Below are positions 7,705-17,281 of a stretch of DNA of 64,000 bases, piece after piece. The notes below the pieces were generated by a model, which was not told where the DNA came from, did no database searches, and saw only the letters and a list, made by a program, of their open reading frames with translations. Position 1 is the first letter of the stretch; every line of letters starts with the position of its first letter. Made by a program: the position numbers and the translations under genes. This stretch comes from Tagaea sp. (GTDB lineage: Bacteria; Pseudomonadota; Alphaproteobacteria; CACIAM-22H2). The DNA lies in the NCBI GenBank assembly GCA_965279525.1, contig CBDIIB010000005.1, positions 1,056,001 through 1,120,000 of the forward strand, read 5' to 3'.

Positions 7705-8268
7705 GTGACGAACGACAAGACCGGGCCCGATCTGGGCGACCCGATCCTGGGGCTGGCCGACGCGCCCGATCCTGAGCTGTCGAGCTACGGGCCCGAGGAC
7801 TGGGCGGCCTTCGTCTTCTTCTGGGTGCTCGCCTTCGTCGTGTTCCTGCAGTTCTTCTCGCGCTACGTGCTCAACGACTCGATCGCCTGGACCGAGGAGA
7901 TCGCGCGCTACCTGCTGATCTGCGTGTGCTTCGTGGGCGGCGGCATGGCGATGCGCAAGACCAGCCACATCCATGTCGAGTTCCTCTACGTCTATCTGCC
8001 GCGCGACGTCGGCAACTGGCTGTCGGTCGGGGTCGATGTCGTGCGCGTGCTGTTCCTGGGCTACGCCGCGTGGCTGTGCTGGAAGGTGACCGAGATCATG
8101 CATAACCAGCGCATGGTCGTGATCGACTGGCCGATGAGCATCGTGTTCGGCATCGCGACGTTCGGCTTCGCGCTGATGGCGGTGCGCGCCGTGCAGGTGG
8201 CACTCCGCCACTGGCGCGACGGCGACAGCCCGCTTACCCGCGTCAATGTCGAGGGGCGCCACCAGTGA
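7705..8268 (+). CDS. dctQ: TRAP transporter small permease
   Basis: FFSRYVLNDSIAWTEEIARY, HIHVE, four TM segments; GTG start at 7705 or 7696. Confidence 0.9.
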   Translation: MTNDKTGPDLGDPILGLADAPDPELSSYGPEDWAAFVFFWVLAFVVFLQFFSRYVLNDSIAWTEEIARYLLICVCFVGGGMAMRKTSHIHVEFLYVYLPRDVGNWLSVGVDVVRVLFLGYAAWLCWKVTEIMHNQRMVVIDWPMSIVFGIATFGFALMAVRAVQVALRHWRDGDSPLTRVNVEGRHQ

Positions 8269-9542
8269 CCGCTTTCCTGATGATCTCGTTCGTGGCGCTG
8301 CTGACGGTCGGCGTGCCGGTGGCCATCGCCCTTGGCGGCGCATCGCTGCTCTACGTCATGGCCGAGGACGTGTCTCCGCATCTTGTCGTCCTGCACCGGA
8401 TGGTGTCGGGCGTCGACTCGTTCCCGCTGCTGGCGATCCCGTTCTTCATCATGGCGGGCTCGCTGATGAACTCGGGCGGCATCACCGCGCGCATCTACGA
8501 TTTCGCGCTCGCCCTCGTGGGCTGGCTCAAGGGCGGGCTCGGGCACGTCAACGTCGTGGGCTCGGTCATCTTCGCGGGCATGTCGGGCACGGCGGTCGCC
8601 GACGCGGGCGGCCTTGGCAACATCGAGATCAAGGCGATGCGCGACCACGGCTACGACGTGGATTTCGCCGTCGGCATCACGGGCGCCTCCTCCACCATCG
8701 GGCCGATCATCCCGCCGTCGCTGCCGATGGTCATCTACGGCGTGATGGCCAACTGCTCGATCGGCCAGCTCTTCGCGGCGGGCCTGCTGCCGGGCCTGCT
8801 GATGGCCGGCACGATGATGTGCATGGTCGCCTGGTACGCGCATGTGCGCGGCTTCAAGCGCGACGCCACGTTCGAATGGGCCAGGCTCGCCTACACCTTC
8901 AAGCGCGCGTTCCTGCCGCTGATGACGCCGGTGCTGCTGATCGGCGGCATGACCTCGGGCCTGTTCACGCCGACCGAGGCGGCCATCGCCGCCACGGCCT
9001 ATGCGCTCGTGCTCGGCCTTTTCGTCTACCGCACGCTGTCGATCCGCGGCCTCATCCGCGTGTCGATGGAAACGGTCGAGACGACGGCGATCATCCTGTT
9101 CATCGTCGCGGGTGCTTCGATCTTCGGCTACATCATCACGACCACGAAGGTGACCGACGAGGTTGCCGGCCTCGTACTGTCGATCACGACCGAACCGTGG
9201 GCCATCCTGCTGCTCGTCAACCTGTTCCTGCTGGTCGTCGGCTGCTTCATGGAAACGATCGCCGCGATCACGATCCTGGTGCCGGTGCTGCTGCCGCTGA
9301 TGACGCAGATCGGCGTCGACCCGGTGCATTTCGGCCTGATCATGGTGCTGAACCTGATGATCGGGCTGCTCACGCCGCCGGTCGGCATGGTGCTCTACAT
9401 CCTCGCGCGCATCGCCAACATCAGCTTCGAGCGCACGACCAAGGCGTGCCTGCCGTTCCTGGTGCCGCTGCTCGCCACGCTCGGCCTCGTCACCTACTGG
9501 CCCGACTTCGTGATGCTGCTGCCGCGCTATTTCTACGGCTGA
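8265..9542 (+). CDS. dctM: TRAP transporter large permease
   Basis: LLAIPFFIMAG, FAGMSGTAVAD, IIPPS, FTPTEA, GVDPVHFG, LTPPVG. Confidence 0.95.
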   Translation: MTAFLMISFVALLTVGVPVAIALGGASLLYVMAEDVSPHLVVLHRMVSGVDSFPLLAIPFFIMAGSLMNSGGITARIYDFALALVGWLKGGLGHVNVVGSVIFAGMSGTAVADAGGLGNIEIKAMRDHGYDVDFAVGITGASSTIGPIIPPSLPMVIYGVMANCSIGQLFAAGLLPGLLMAGTMMCMVAWYAHVRGFKRDATFEWARLAYTFKRAFLPLMTPVLLIGGMTSGLFTPTEAAIAATAYALVLGLFVYRTLSIRGLIRVSMETVETTAIILFIVAGASIFGYIITTTKVTDEVAGLVLSITTEPWAILLLVNLFLLVVGCFMETIAAITILVPVLLPLMTQIGVDPVHFGLIMVLNLMIGLLTPPVGMVLYILARIANISFERTTKACLPFLVPLLATLGLVTYWPDFVMLLPRYFYG

Positions 9543-9546
9543 GCAC

Positions 9547-10422
9547 ATGGAACTCGTGCTGCTGGGCACCGGCTGCCCGCAATGCGACCCCGAGCGGCGC
9601 GGGCCGGCGAACCTTCTTCTCGCGCGCGGCCTCACGTTCCTCGTCGATTGCGGCTCGGGCGTCACCCAGCGCCTCGTCGAGGCGGGAACGAAGGGGGCAG
9701 CACTCGACGCCCTTTTCCTCACGCATCTGCACACCGACCATCTGGTCGATTTCTACCAGCTCGTGATCTCGGCCTGGCATCAGGGGCGCACGCGGCCGTG
9801 GCGCGTGTTCGGCCCGCCGGGCACGAAGGCGTTCGTCGACGGCACGATGGCGCTGTGGGCGACCGAGCGCGCACAACGCATCTCGCACGAGAAACGCGCG
9901 TCGACGTCCGGATTCGACATGGACGTGACCGAGATCGGCGCCGGCACGGTCTGGGATGAAGGCGGCGTGCGCGTGACCGCGGTCGCGGTCGCCCACCAGC
10001 CCGTCAAGCACGCCTTCGGCTATGTGTTCGAAGCGGACGGCCGCAAGGTCGCGTTCAGCGGCGACACGGCGTATTGCCCGGCCTTGATCGAAGCGGCGAA
10101 AGGCGCCGATGCGCTCGTCCACGAATGCTTCCTGCATGCCGAGATGCCGGTCGTCGCCGGTATACGCACAGCCGAGACGGTGGCGGCGGTCGCCTCGTAT
10201 CACACGCCGTCAGACCAGGTCGGCCGCGTGGCGCAGGAGGCGGGCGTGCGCGTGCTGATCCTCAACCATTTCGTGCCCACGCGCTTCGACCGCCACCGGC
10301 TGATGGACGAGGTCGCGGGCGGCTTCGCCGGTCCCGTGGCCATCGGCGAAGACCTGATGCGCTACGACTGCGTCCGGCGGCGCTTCACGCACCGCGACGG
10401 CGTGGTTACGCTGGGGGCATGA
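9547..10422 (+). CDS. MBL-fold metallo-hydrolase, RNase Z/arylsulfatase-like
   Basis: LLGTG, LVDCG, THLHTDH, FSGDT, LVHE, YHT, LNHF. Confidence 0.88.
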   Translation: MELVLLGTGCPQCDPERRGPANLLLARGLTFLVDCGSGVTQRLVEAGTKGAALDALFLTHLHTDHLVDFYQLVISAWHQGRTRPWRVFGPPGTKAFVDGTMALWATERAQRISHEKRASTSGFDMDVTEIGAGTVWDEGGVRVTAVAVAHQPVKHAFGYVFEADGRKVAFSGDTAYCPALIEAAKGADALVHECFLHAEMPVVAGIRTAETVAAVASYHTPSDQVGRVAQEAGVRVLILNHFVPTRFDRHRLMDEVAGGFAGPVAIGEDLMRYDCVRRRFTHRDGVVTLGA

Positions 10423-11255
10423 ACCAGCGACCTGCACCGGGCGATCTCGTCCTCGACCACGTCGCGCACTGGGTGCCCGCGGCACCCGCGGCGGCGACGG
10501 CCCTTGCCGCCCTCGGCTTCACGGTCACGCCCTTTTCGGCACAGAGCACCGGCGACCCGCCGGTGCCCGCCGGGACCGGCAATCACTGCGTGATGCTGGA
10601 AAAGGGCTATCTCGAGTTCCTCGCCCCCACCGCCGAGACGCCCAACGCCGCCACGCTGCGCGCCGGCATCGCGCGTTACGTGGGCGTGCACCTGATCGCG
10701 TTCGGCACGGCCACCCCCGCCGCCGACCACGCAAGGCTGGCCACACAAGGCTTCAATCCGCTCGAACCCGTGGCGCTCAGCCGCCTGATCGGCACGCCCG
10801 AAGGCGAGCAGCGCGCGCGCTTCACGGTCGTGCGCACCGCCGCCGGCACGATGGCGGAAGGCCGCGTGCAGTTCGTCGAGCAGATCACGCCCGAACATCT
10901 GTGGCAGAAGCGATGGCTCGCCCATGCGAACGGCGCCACGGCCTTGCGCCGCGTCGAGCTTTGCGTCGCCGATCCGGCCGAAGCGGTCGCGCGCTTTGCC
11001 CGCTACACCGGGCTTGTTGCCGGCAGCCATGAAGGGGTGCCGTCGCTCGCGACCGCGCGCGGCGAACTCGTGTTCCGCGATCCGGCCGCCATGCGCGCCT
11101 ATCTGGGCATCGAACCGCCGTGCCTGCCCTGGATCGCCGGCTACGTGCTGGGCTGCGCCGATCTCGCGAAGGCGCCCGAGGGCCGCGAAGTCGCGAAGGG
11201 CCGCGTCGTGGCGCTCAGCGAAGCACTGGGTGGCGCCATGGTGTTCGAGGCTTAG
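10419..11255 (+). CDS. VOC/glyoxalase-like family protein
   Basis: LDHVAH, GTGNHCVML..GYLEFL, HANGA; ATG overlaps the previous stop (ATGA). Confidence 0.85.
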   Translation: MNQRPAPGDLVLDHVAHWVPAAPAAATALAALGFTVTPFSAQSTGDPPVPAGTGNHCVMLEKGYLEFLAPTAETPNAATLRAGIARYVGVHLIAFGTATPAADHARLATQGFNPLEPVALSRLIGTPEGEQRARFTVVRTAAGTMAEGRVQFVEQITPEHLWQKRWLAHANGATALRRVELCVADPAEAVARFARYTGLVAGSHEGVPSLATARGELVFRDPAAMRAYLGIEPPCLPWIAGYVLGCADLAKAPEGREVAKGRVVALSEALGGAMVFEA

Positions 11256-11608
11256 ACGTACTCGATCGGGATCAGCGACTCGGTCGGCGGGCGCGAGAGT
11301 TCGACGACGAAGGCAACGCGGTCGTCGACCAGGCGCAGCTCCTTGTTCGCCTTCACCGGCAGCGGGATGCCGGTCTTCTTGCAGTGCCGGATCAGGGCCT
11401 GCGCCAATGCCGCCGAATGGAACTCGACCGACACGGCGTCGGCGCCCTTCTTGCGGAAGAACAGCTTCACCGTGAAGGTCTCGCGGTCGATCGACAGCCG
11501 GGTCGCCTGGCCCGGCGGCAGCTTGGTGCCTTGCGTGCGCGCATGCTCGATCAGCGCCACGACAAGTTCGCGGTCGTCGAAGAACACGATGCGGTATTCG
11601 CTGGTCAC
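11252..11608 (-). CDS. Hypothetical protein
   Basis: Host-like codon usage from GTG 11608 (EYRIVFF...ALIRHCKKTGIPLP..ANKEL); start uncertain. Confidence 0.7.
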   Translation of the reverse strand: MTSEYRIVFFDDRELVVALIEHARTQGTKLPPGQATRLSIDRETFTVKLFFRKKGADAVSVEFHSAALAQALIRHCKKTGIPLPVKANKELRLVDDRVAFVVELSRPPTESLIPIEYV

Positions 11609-11695
11609 GTCGGTCAAGGCCCCGGCGGCGGCTAATTCGAATAAGGGCGTCTTATAGACTTTCCGCGTCCGGGGCCACAACCCCGTCGGGAATGC

Positions 11696-12460
11696 TCAGA
11701 AGCGGTCCTTCGCACCCCGCACGGCGGCGAACACCGCGTCGGGCGAAGATCCGGCAAGCCCCATCGCCTGCGCCAGGCCCGCATCGTCGGCACGCAGGAA
11801 CGGATTGGTGCGCTTCTCGAGGCCCAGCAGCGACGGCACGGTCGCAAGGCCCTGCGCGCGCGCCGCGTCCACGTCCTTCGCGCGCGCGACGAGATCGGCG
11901 TTGCCGCCATCGACCGACAGCGCGAATCGCGCGTTGCTCTGGGTGTATTCGTGCGCGCAATAGACCTGGGTGTCGTCCGGCAGGGCGCGCAGCTTGCCCA
12001 GCGAGTTCCACATCTGCGCCGGCGTGCCCTCGAACAGCCGGCCGCAGCCAAGTGCAAACAGCGTGTCGCCGCAGAACAGCGCCTTTTCGGCGGAAAACCA
12101 GAACGCGATATGGCCGCGCGTGTGGCCCGGCACGTCGAAAACCCGGGCGGCAGCCTCGCCCAGCCGGTACGTGTCGCCGTCGGCGACGGCCACGTCGATT
12201 CCCGGGATTCGGGCGGCATCGGCCTGCGGCCCGACGATCGTGCAGCCCCAGCGCTGCTTAAGCGCAAGATTTCCGCCGACATGGTCGTCGTGGTGATGGG
12301 TATTCAAGATATGGGTGAGGATGAAGCCCCGGGCGACCAGCCTTGCCTCGACCGGCTCGGCATCGGCCGGGTCGACGACGGCGACGGCCCCGGTCTCCGG
12401 CTCATGGACCAGCCAGATATAGTTATCCGTCCGGCAGGGGATACGTTCGATCTCGAGCAT
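11696..12460 (-). CDS. gloB: Hydroxyacylglutathione hydrolase (glyoxalase II)
   Basis: DNYIWL, THHHDDHVGG, PGHTRGH, GDTLFALGCGRLFEG, CAHEYT, EKRTNPFLR. Confidence 0.95.
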   Translation of the reverse strand: MLEIERIPCRTDNYIWLVHEPETGAVAVVDPADAEPVEARLVARGFILTHILNTHHHDDHVGGNLALKQRWGCTIVGPQADAARIPGIDVAVADGDTYRLGEAAARVFDVPGHTRGHIAFWFSAEKALFCGDTLFALGCGRLFEGTPAQMWNSLGKLRALPDDTQVYCAHEYTQSNARFALSVDGGNADLVARAKDVDAARAQGLATVPSLLGLEKRTNPFLRADDAGLAQAMGLAGSSPDAVFAAVRGAKDRF

Positions 12461-12520
12461 CGCACCATTGTATCGGAGAAGAGCCAACAGTTAATATGCC
12501 CGTCTTCGCGGAGAGACGCC

Positions 12521-14266
12521 TTGGCCCTGTTCAGCAGAAAAGAAAGCTTCGAAGTCCATTGCCTGAAGGAGAACCGCTGGGTCATCGAGACCAGCATTCC
12601 CAATCAGACGGAGGCCGAGGCCTACGCGCGCAAGCTGCTCGAAAAGAAAGAGATCCTCGGCGTCAAGGTCGTGCGCGAGCGCGAAGGGCGTTCGTCGAAT
12701 ACCGAGGCGATCGTCTTCACCAAGGTGAAGGAAAAGAAGGAAGAGAAGATCACGATCGGCCAGATCGACAGCGCGCCGGTCTGCCAGACCGCCGGCGAAT
12801 GCTGCGAACTGCCCGCGCGCATGGCCCTCAACCGGCTCTTCCGCCAGTATCTCGACAAGCAGAACCTGACGCCCATCGAGATCCTGCACAATTACCGCGA
12901 GATCAAGCGCGTCCAGGATTCCGACTCGCTGATGACCAGTGCGGTCGGCCAGCTCGCCACGCTGCAGGCCGCCTCGGGGCCGGCGGCCGGCACCGTCATC
13001 CAGCGCCGCGACGCGCTCTACGGGTTCCTGGGCGAGCTCACCAAGCGCGCGAAGGATGTCGAGACCCTCCAGCTCCCGTCGATCAAGCAGATCGGCGTCG
13101 ACCAGATGATCGCGAAGATCGCACCGCGCGCCGGCGACGATCCGGAGAACGCGAACTACCTGTTCCGCGTGGCGGTCAGCCGCGAGCTGATCGACATCCG
13201 CAGCTATCTTGGCAAGCTCGACCGCTCGCTGATGTGGGTCGAGGACAGCCAGGACGACGAGGCCGCGCGCCTGCTCGACGATTTCGTGTGCGACGTGCTG
13301 GGGACCAGCAGCGTCATCCAGGACCTGCTCGGCGAGCAGCCCAGCCTGATGGCCGCGGTCAGCAAGCTGCTCGATCTGGCGCAAGGGCGCTGGGAAGCCC
13401 CGCCGCCGGGTGCCGGCGGAGCCGCCGCTGCCGGCGGCGAGGAAGACCGCATGGCCAAGATCGGCCGGCTGATCGCCAGCGGCCGCCTGCCCAATTGCGG
13501 GCGCGTGCTGGTCGAGCGCGTGCGCCTGCAGCTTGCCGGCGCCAATCCGCTGGTGCGTTCCGATCCCGAGCAGGAAGTGCCGAGCTTCCGCCTGCTGCTC
13601 GACCGGCTGGTGCCGGACAACGACGCGATCTTCGGCGGCACCGACATGATCGACGCGCTCGTCCAGCGCAAGATGCGCATCCTCAACCGCGGCGGAGCCG
13701 CCGGCTACCGGGCGGCGGCGACCTGGATCTGCATGGTGATGCTCAATCCCGTGCGCAAGACGCGCTTCCTGATCGCGCTGACGCAGTCGCCGACCGGCCA
13801 GCAATATCCCGAGGAGACGTTCGGGCTGATCGACGACGTGCTGGTCAAGGTCGAGTCGATCTCCGACATCGTCAAGGCGCGCGTCCCGCCCAACGAGAAG
13901 ATGGCCGGCATCACGCTGGTGTGGAACGAGATCCGCCGCGCCCCCCTGCCGCTCGAGCATGTCGAGCGCATCTGCACGCGCCTCGACGACCTGCTCGTCC
14001 ATTTCGTCAAGTCCGAGCGCATCCTCGAGAAGATCGACGATCCGGCACGACCCCTGCGCATGCGCACGATGATGCTGATGAAGATGTGCCTGCCCACCTC
14101 GCTGCCGCCGGGCAAGGCGTCGAACCTGGCGCGCGAGATCATTGTGGGCATGCTCAAGCGCCAGAATTTCGAGAACGAGGTCGTGGCCGACATCGTCGAC
14201 CCGGCCGAGAAGGCGCGCGCCCAGCGCGACCTGTTCGTGCTGATGCGCCAGGCCGGCTTCATGTGA
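12521..14266 (+). CDS. Large hypothetical protein (~580 aa)
   Basis: Long ORF with strong host codon bias from about TTG 12521 (GGAGA upstream); no motif recognised; divergent from gloB. Confidence 0.75.
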   Translation: MALFSRKESFEVHCLKENRWVIETSIPNQTEAEAYARKLLEKKEILGVKVVREREGRSSNTEAIVFTKVKEKKEEKITIGQIDSAPVCQTAGECCELPARMALNRLFRQYLDKQNLTPIEILHNYREIKRVQDSDSLMTSAVGQLATLQAASGPAAGTVIQRRDALYGFLGELTKRAKDVETLQLPSIKQIGVDQMIAKIAPRAGDDPENANYLFRVAVSRELIDIRSYLGKLDRSLMWVEDSQDDEAARLLDDFVCDVLGTSSVIQDLLGEQPSLMAAVSKLLDLAQGRWEAPPPGAGGAAAAGGEEDRMAKIGRLIASGRLPNCGRVLVERVRLQLAGANPLVRSDPEQEVPSFRLLLDRLVPDNDAIFGGTDMIDALVQRKMRILNRGGAAGYRAAATWICMVMLNPVRKTRFLIALTQSPTGQQYPEETFGLIDDVLVKVESISDIVKARVPPNEKMAGITLVWNEIRRAPLPLEHVERICTRLDDLLVHFVKSERILEKIDDPARPLRMRTMMLMKMCLPTSLPPGKASNLAREIIVGMLKRQNFENEVVADIVDPAEKARAQRDLFVLMRQAGFM

Positions 14267-14724
14267 ACGACCAGGCGGCCGACGGCCCGGTCGCGCGCGC
14301 CGTCGCGCGCGGGACCGGCCGGCTGCTGGCGCGGCTGGGCTGGACATCCCTGCCCGAGTTCCCGCTCGCCAGCGGACGGCGGGCCGACCTGCTTGCCCTT
14401 TCGGAAGATTCGCGCGTGCTGGTCGTCGAGATCAAGTCGTCGGCCGCCGATTTCCGGTCCGACCGCAAATGGGCCGAATATCTCGACTGGTGCGACCTGT
14501 TCGCCTTCGCGGTTCCCGCCGATTTCCCGGTGGCCCTGCTGCCGCCCGAAGCCGGCCTGATCGTCGCCGACGCCTACGATGCGGTCATCGCGCGCGAATT
14601 CCGGATCCTGCCGAAGCTCGTGCCCGCGCGGCGCAAGGCGCTGGTGCTGCGCTTCGCGAAGCTGGCCGGCCAGAGATTGCACCGGCTGGCGGACCCCGAC
14701 GGGATGCGGGAAATCCCGTCCTGA
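14263..14724 (+). CDS. mmcB: MmcB family DNA repair protein (PD-(D/E)XK endonuclease-like)
   Basis: EFPLASGRRADL, VEIKSS..DFRSDRKW.EYLDWCD, GLIVADAY; GTG overlaps the upstream stop. Confidence 0.9.
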   Translation: MNDQAADGPVARAVARGTGRLLARLGWTSLPEFPLASGRRADLLALSEDSRVLVVEIKSSAADFRSDRKWAEYLDWCDLFAFAVPADFPVALLPPEAGLIVADAYDAVIAREFRILPKLVPARRKALVLRFAKLAGQRLHRLADPDGMREIPS

Positions 14725-14789
14725 GCGGCGCTTGCCGCGCGCGAAGCGGCAGCGCTAGGGTGGCAGGCATCCTAGGAGACATACGGATC

Positions 14790-16532
14790 ATGCAAGACAC
14801 ACCGCGCCCGCATGTCGGGCTTGCGACGTTCCTCGTGCGCCTGTGGCGCCTGACCCGACCCTACTGGTTCGCCGAGGACCGCTGGGCCGCGCGCGGCCTG
14901 TTCGCGGTCGTGCTCGCGCTCACGATCGGCGGCGTCTATCTCGAGGTGCTGTTCAATTCGTGGAACAACGAATTCTACAACGCGCTGCAGGAGAAGGACG
15001 AGGCGACGTTCTGGACGCAGTTCGGCGTGTTCGGCTGGCTGGCCGTGCTGTTCATCGCGAACTTCGTCGCCACGCGCTATTTCAGCCTGTGGCTCCAGAT
15101 CCGCTGGCGCGCGTGGCTGACGAAACGCTATGTCGACAGCTGGCTCACGGCCCGCGCCTATTACCGCTTCCAGGTGACCGGCGCCGAGACCGACAACCCC
15201 GACCAGCGCATCGCCGACGACGTGCGGCTGTTCGTTTCGACGACGCTGGGGCTGGTCACGCAGCTCATCAACGCGGTGCTGACGCTCGCGGCGTTCCTCA
15301 CCATCCTGTGGGGCCTGTCGGGCGACTTCACGATGACGCTATTCGGCACCGAGATCGCGATTCCGGGCTACATGGTGTGGTTCGCCCTCGTCTATGCCGT
15401 GCTCGGCACGTGGCTCACGCATCTGGTGGGAAAGCCGCTCGTCCCGCTCAACTACGCCCAGCAGCGCTACGAGGCGGATTTCCGCTTCGCGCTCGTCCGT
15501 CTGCGCGAGAATGCCGAGCAGGTGGCGCTCTATGGCGGCGAGGGGCGCGAGCGCGAGAACTTCCTGCGCCGCTTCGCGGGCGTGGCATCCAACTGGTACG
15601 CGCTGATGTGGGCGGGGCTGAAGCTCAACCTGTTCACCAGCCTGTTCGGGCAGCTTGCCATCGTTTTCCCGTTCATCGTCGCGGCCCCACGCTATTTCTC
15701 GGGCGCCATGCAGCTGGGCGGGCTGATGCAGACCGCCTCCGCCTTCGGCCAGGTGCAGGGTGCCTTGTCGTTCTTCGTGCAGGCCTATTCGCAGCTCGCC
15801 GACTGGAAATCGGTCGTCGACCGGCTGCTCGATTTCGAGGCCGCGGTCGCGGCGGCCGAAGCCGCCGCGCGCGTGTCCCCGCTCGTCGAGGAAACGTCGA
15901 AGGACGGGACGCTCGCCATCGACGGCGTCGATGTCGGCCTGCCGGGCGGGGCCACGCTGATCGCGGGTGCGACCGCGCGCGTTGCACCGGGGGCGCGCAT
16001 CCTGCTGACCGGCGATTCAGGCTCGGGCAAGAGCACGCTGTTCCGCGTGTTCGCCGGCATCTGGCCGTTCGGCCGCGGCAAGATCGCGATGCCGGAACGC
16101 ACCGGCATCCTGTTCTTGCCGCAGAAACCCTACATGCCGATCGGCAGCTTGCGCGAAGCGCTGCTCTATCCGCATGCCGGCGGGGCCGACGACGCCACGC
16201 TCAGCGCCACGCTCGAAGACGTGCGCCTGCCAGATCTTGCCGGCCGGCTCGACGAGGTGGCGCACTGGGGCCAGCGCCTGTCGCCGGGCGAGCAGCAGCG
16301 CCTCGCGGTGGGGCGCGCACTTCTCGCCAAGCCCGCCTTCCTGTTTCTCGATGAGGCGACGGCGGCATTGGACGAAGCGACCGAAGCGCATGTCTATGCG
16401 TTGCTGGCCGAACGCCTGCCGCACACGGCCATCGTCAGCATCGGCCACCGGCCGGGGCTGAAGGCCTTCCACACGGCGTTCTGGCACGTGACGAAGTCGC
16501 CGGCGGGGCCGGCTAAGCTGGCGGTGGCCTAG
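14790..16532 (+). CDS. ABC transporter fused permease/ATPase (YddA / ABCD-like)
   Basis: DNPDQRIADD, YEADFR, Walker A GDSGSGKS, LSPGEQQR, LFLDEAT, SIGHR. Confidence 0.92.
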   Translation: MQDTPRPHVGLATFLVRLWRLTRPYWFAEDRWAARGLFAVVLALTIGGVYLEVLFNSWNNEFYNALQEKDEATFWTQFGVFGWLAVLFIANFVATRYFSLWLQIRWRAWLTKRYVDSWLTARAYYRFQVTGAETDNPDQRIADDVRLFVSTTLGLVTQLINAVLTLAAFLTILWGLSGDFTMTLFGTEIAIPGYMVWFALVYAVLGTWLTHLVGKPLVPLNYAQQRYEADFRFALVRLRENAEQVALYGGEGRERENFLRRFAGVASNWYALMWAGLKLNLFTSLFGQLAIVFPFIVAAPRYFSGAMQLGGLMQTASAFGQVQGALSFFVQAYSQLADWKSVVDRLLDFEAAVAAAEAAARVSPLVEETSKDGTLAIDGVDVGLPGGATLIAGATARVAPGARILLTGDSGSGKSTLFRVFAGIWPFGRGKIAMPERTGILFLPQKPYMPIGSLREALLYPHAGGADDATLSATLEDVRLPDLAGRLDEVAHWGQRLSPGEQQRLAVGRALLAKPAFLFLDEATAALDEATEAHVYALLAERLPHTAIVSIGHRPGLKAFHTAFWHVTKSPAGPAKLAVA

Positions 16533-17248
16533 GGCGCCTGCATTACGACGAAATTGAACGTCGTGCGCGGAACGAAACCGAGCCGCTCGTAGAGCGTGCG
16601 CGCCGAAGGGTTGTCGGCATAGAGATGCAGGAACGGCCGCTCGCCGCGCGCGGCAATGCTTGCCATCAGCGATTTGACCAGTGCGAGCGCATGGCCCTTG
16701 CCGCGAAAGTCGGGATGGACGCACACCGCGCTTATCTCGGTGAAGCCCGCGGGCCGCATGCGTTCGCCCGCCATCGCCGCAAGCCGTGCACCGGCGCGGA
16801 TGCCGATATAGCGGCCAAGCTCGTGCGTGCGCGAAAAGAACGGACCGGGCTTGGTCAGCGCGGTCAGCTCCAGCATTTCAGGCACGTCGGCGGGCCCGAG
16901 CGTTTGGGGCGCGAAGGCGGGATCGGCGGCGGGCAAGTCGGTCGCGATCATCTGCAGGATCCGCGCGGCGGCCCGGATCTCGAGCCCGTCGACCGGGGCG
17001 GGATCGGTCCCGTCGGGATAGAGCAGACCGACCGGGCCCGTACCCGCGACGTCGCGCAGTTCGCGACGTGCTGCCGGCGTTTCCTCGAGGAACGCCGCGA
17101 ACGGCGAGATCTCGGCGGGATAGCGCAGCACGGTTTTCCCGCGCAGTGCCAGATGGCGGTGGCCGGTCTTGAGCGCGGCCAGGATCGGCTGGTCGAGTGC
17201 GGCGGTCTGTTCGGGAGAAAGGCGGATCATGCGGTCGGAAAATACCAT
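16529..17248 (-). CDS. GNAT N-acetyltransferase (FR47-like)
   Basis: TKPGPF, AMAGER, EISAVCVHPDFRGKG, LYERLGF; start may be 17230. Confidence 0.88.
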   Translation of the reverse strand: MVFSDRMIRLSPEQTAALDQPILAALKTGHRHLALRGKTVLRYPAEISPFAAFLEETPAARRELRDVAGTGPVGLLYPDGTDPAPVDGLEIRAAARILQMIATDLPAADPAFAPQTLGPADVPEMLELTALTKPGPFFSRTHELGRYIGIRAGARLAAMAGERMRPAGFTEISAVCVHPDFRGKGHALALVKSLMASIAARGERPFLHLYADNPSARTLYERLGFVPRTTFNFVVMQAP

Positions 17249-17281
17249 GCACGACCGGGCAGGCCAGTTCGAAATGAAAGA

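Noticed and set aside
14263-14724. MmcB nuclease as a defence or mobile gene
   Set aside because: Host-like composition and a known core alphaproteobacterial DNA-repair family.
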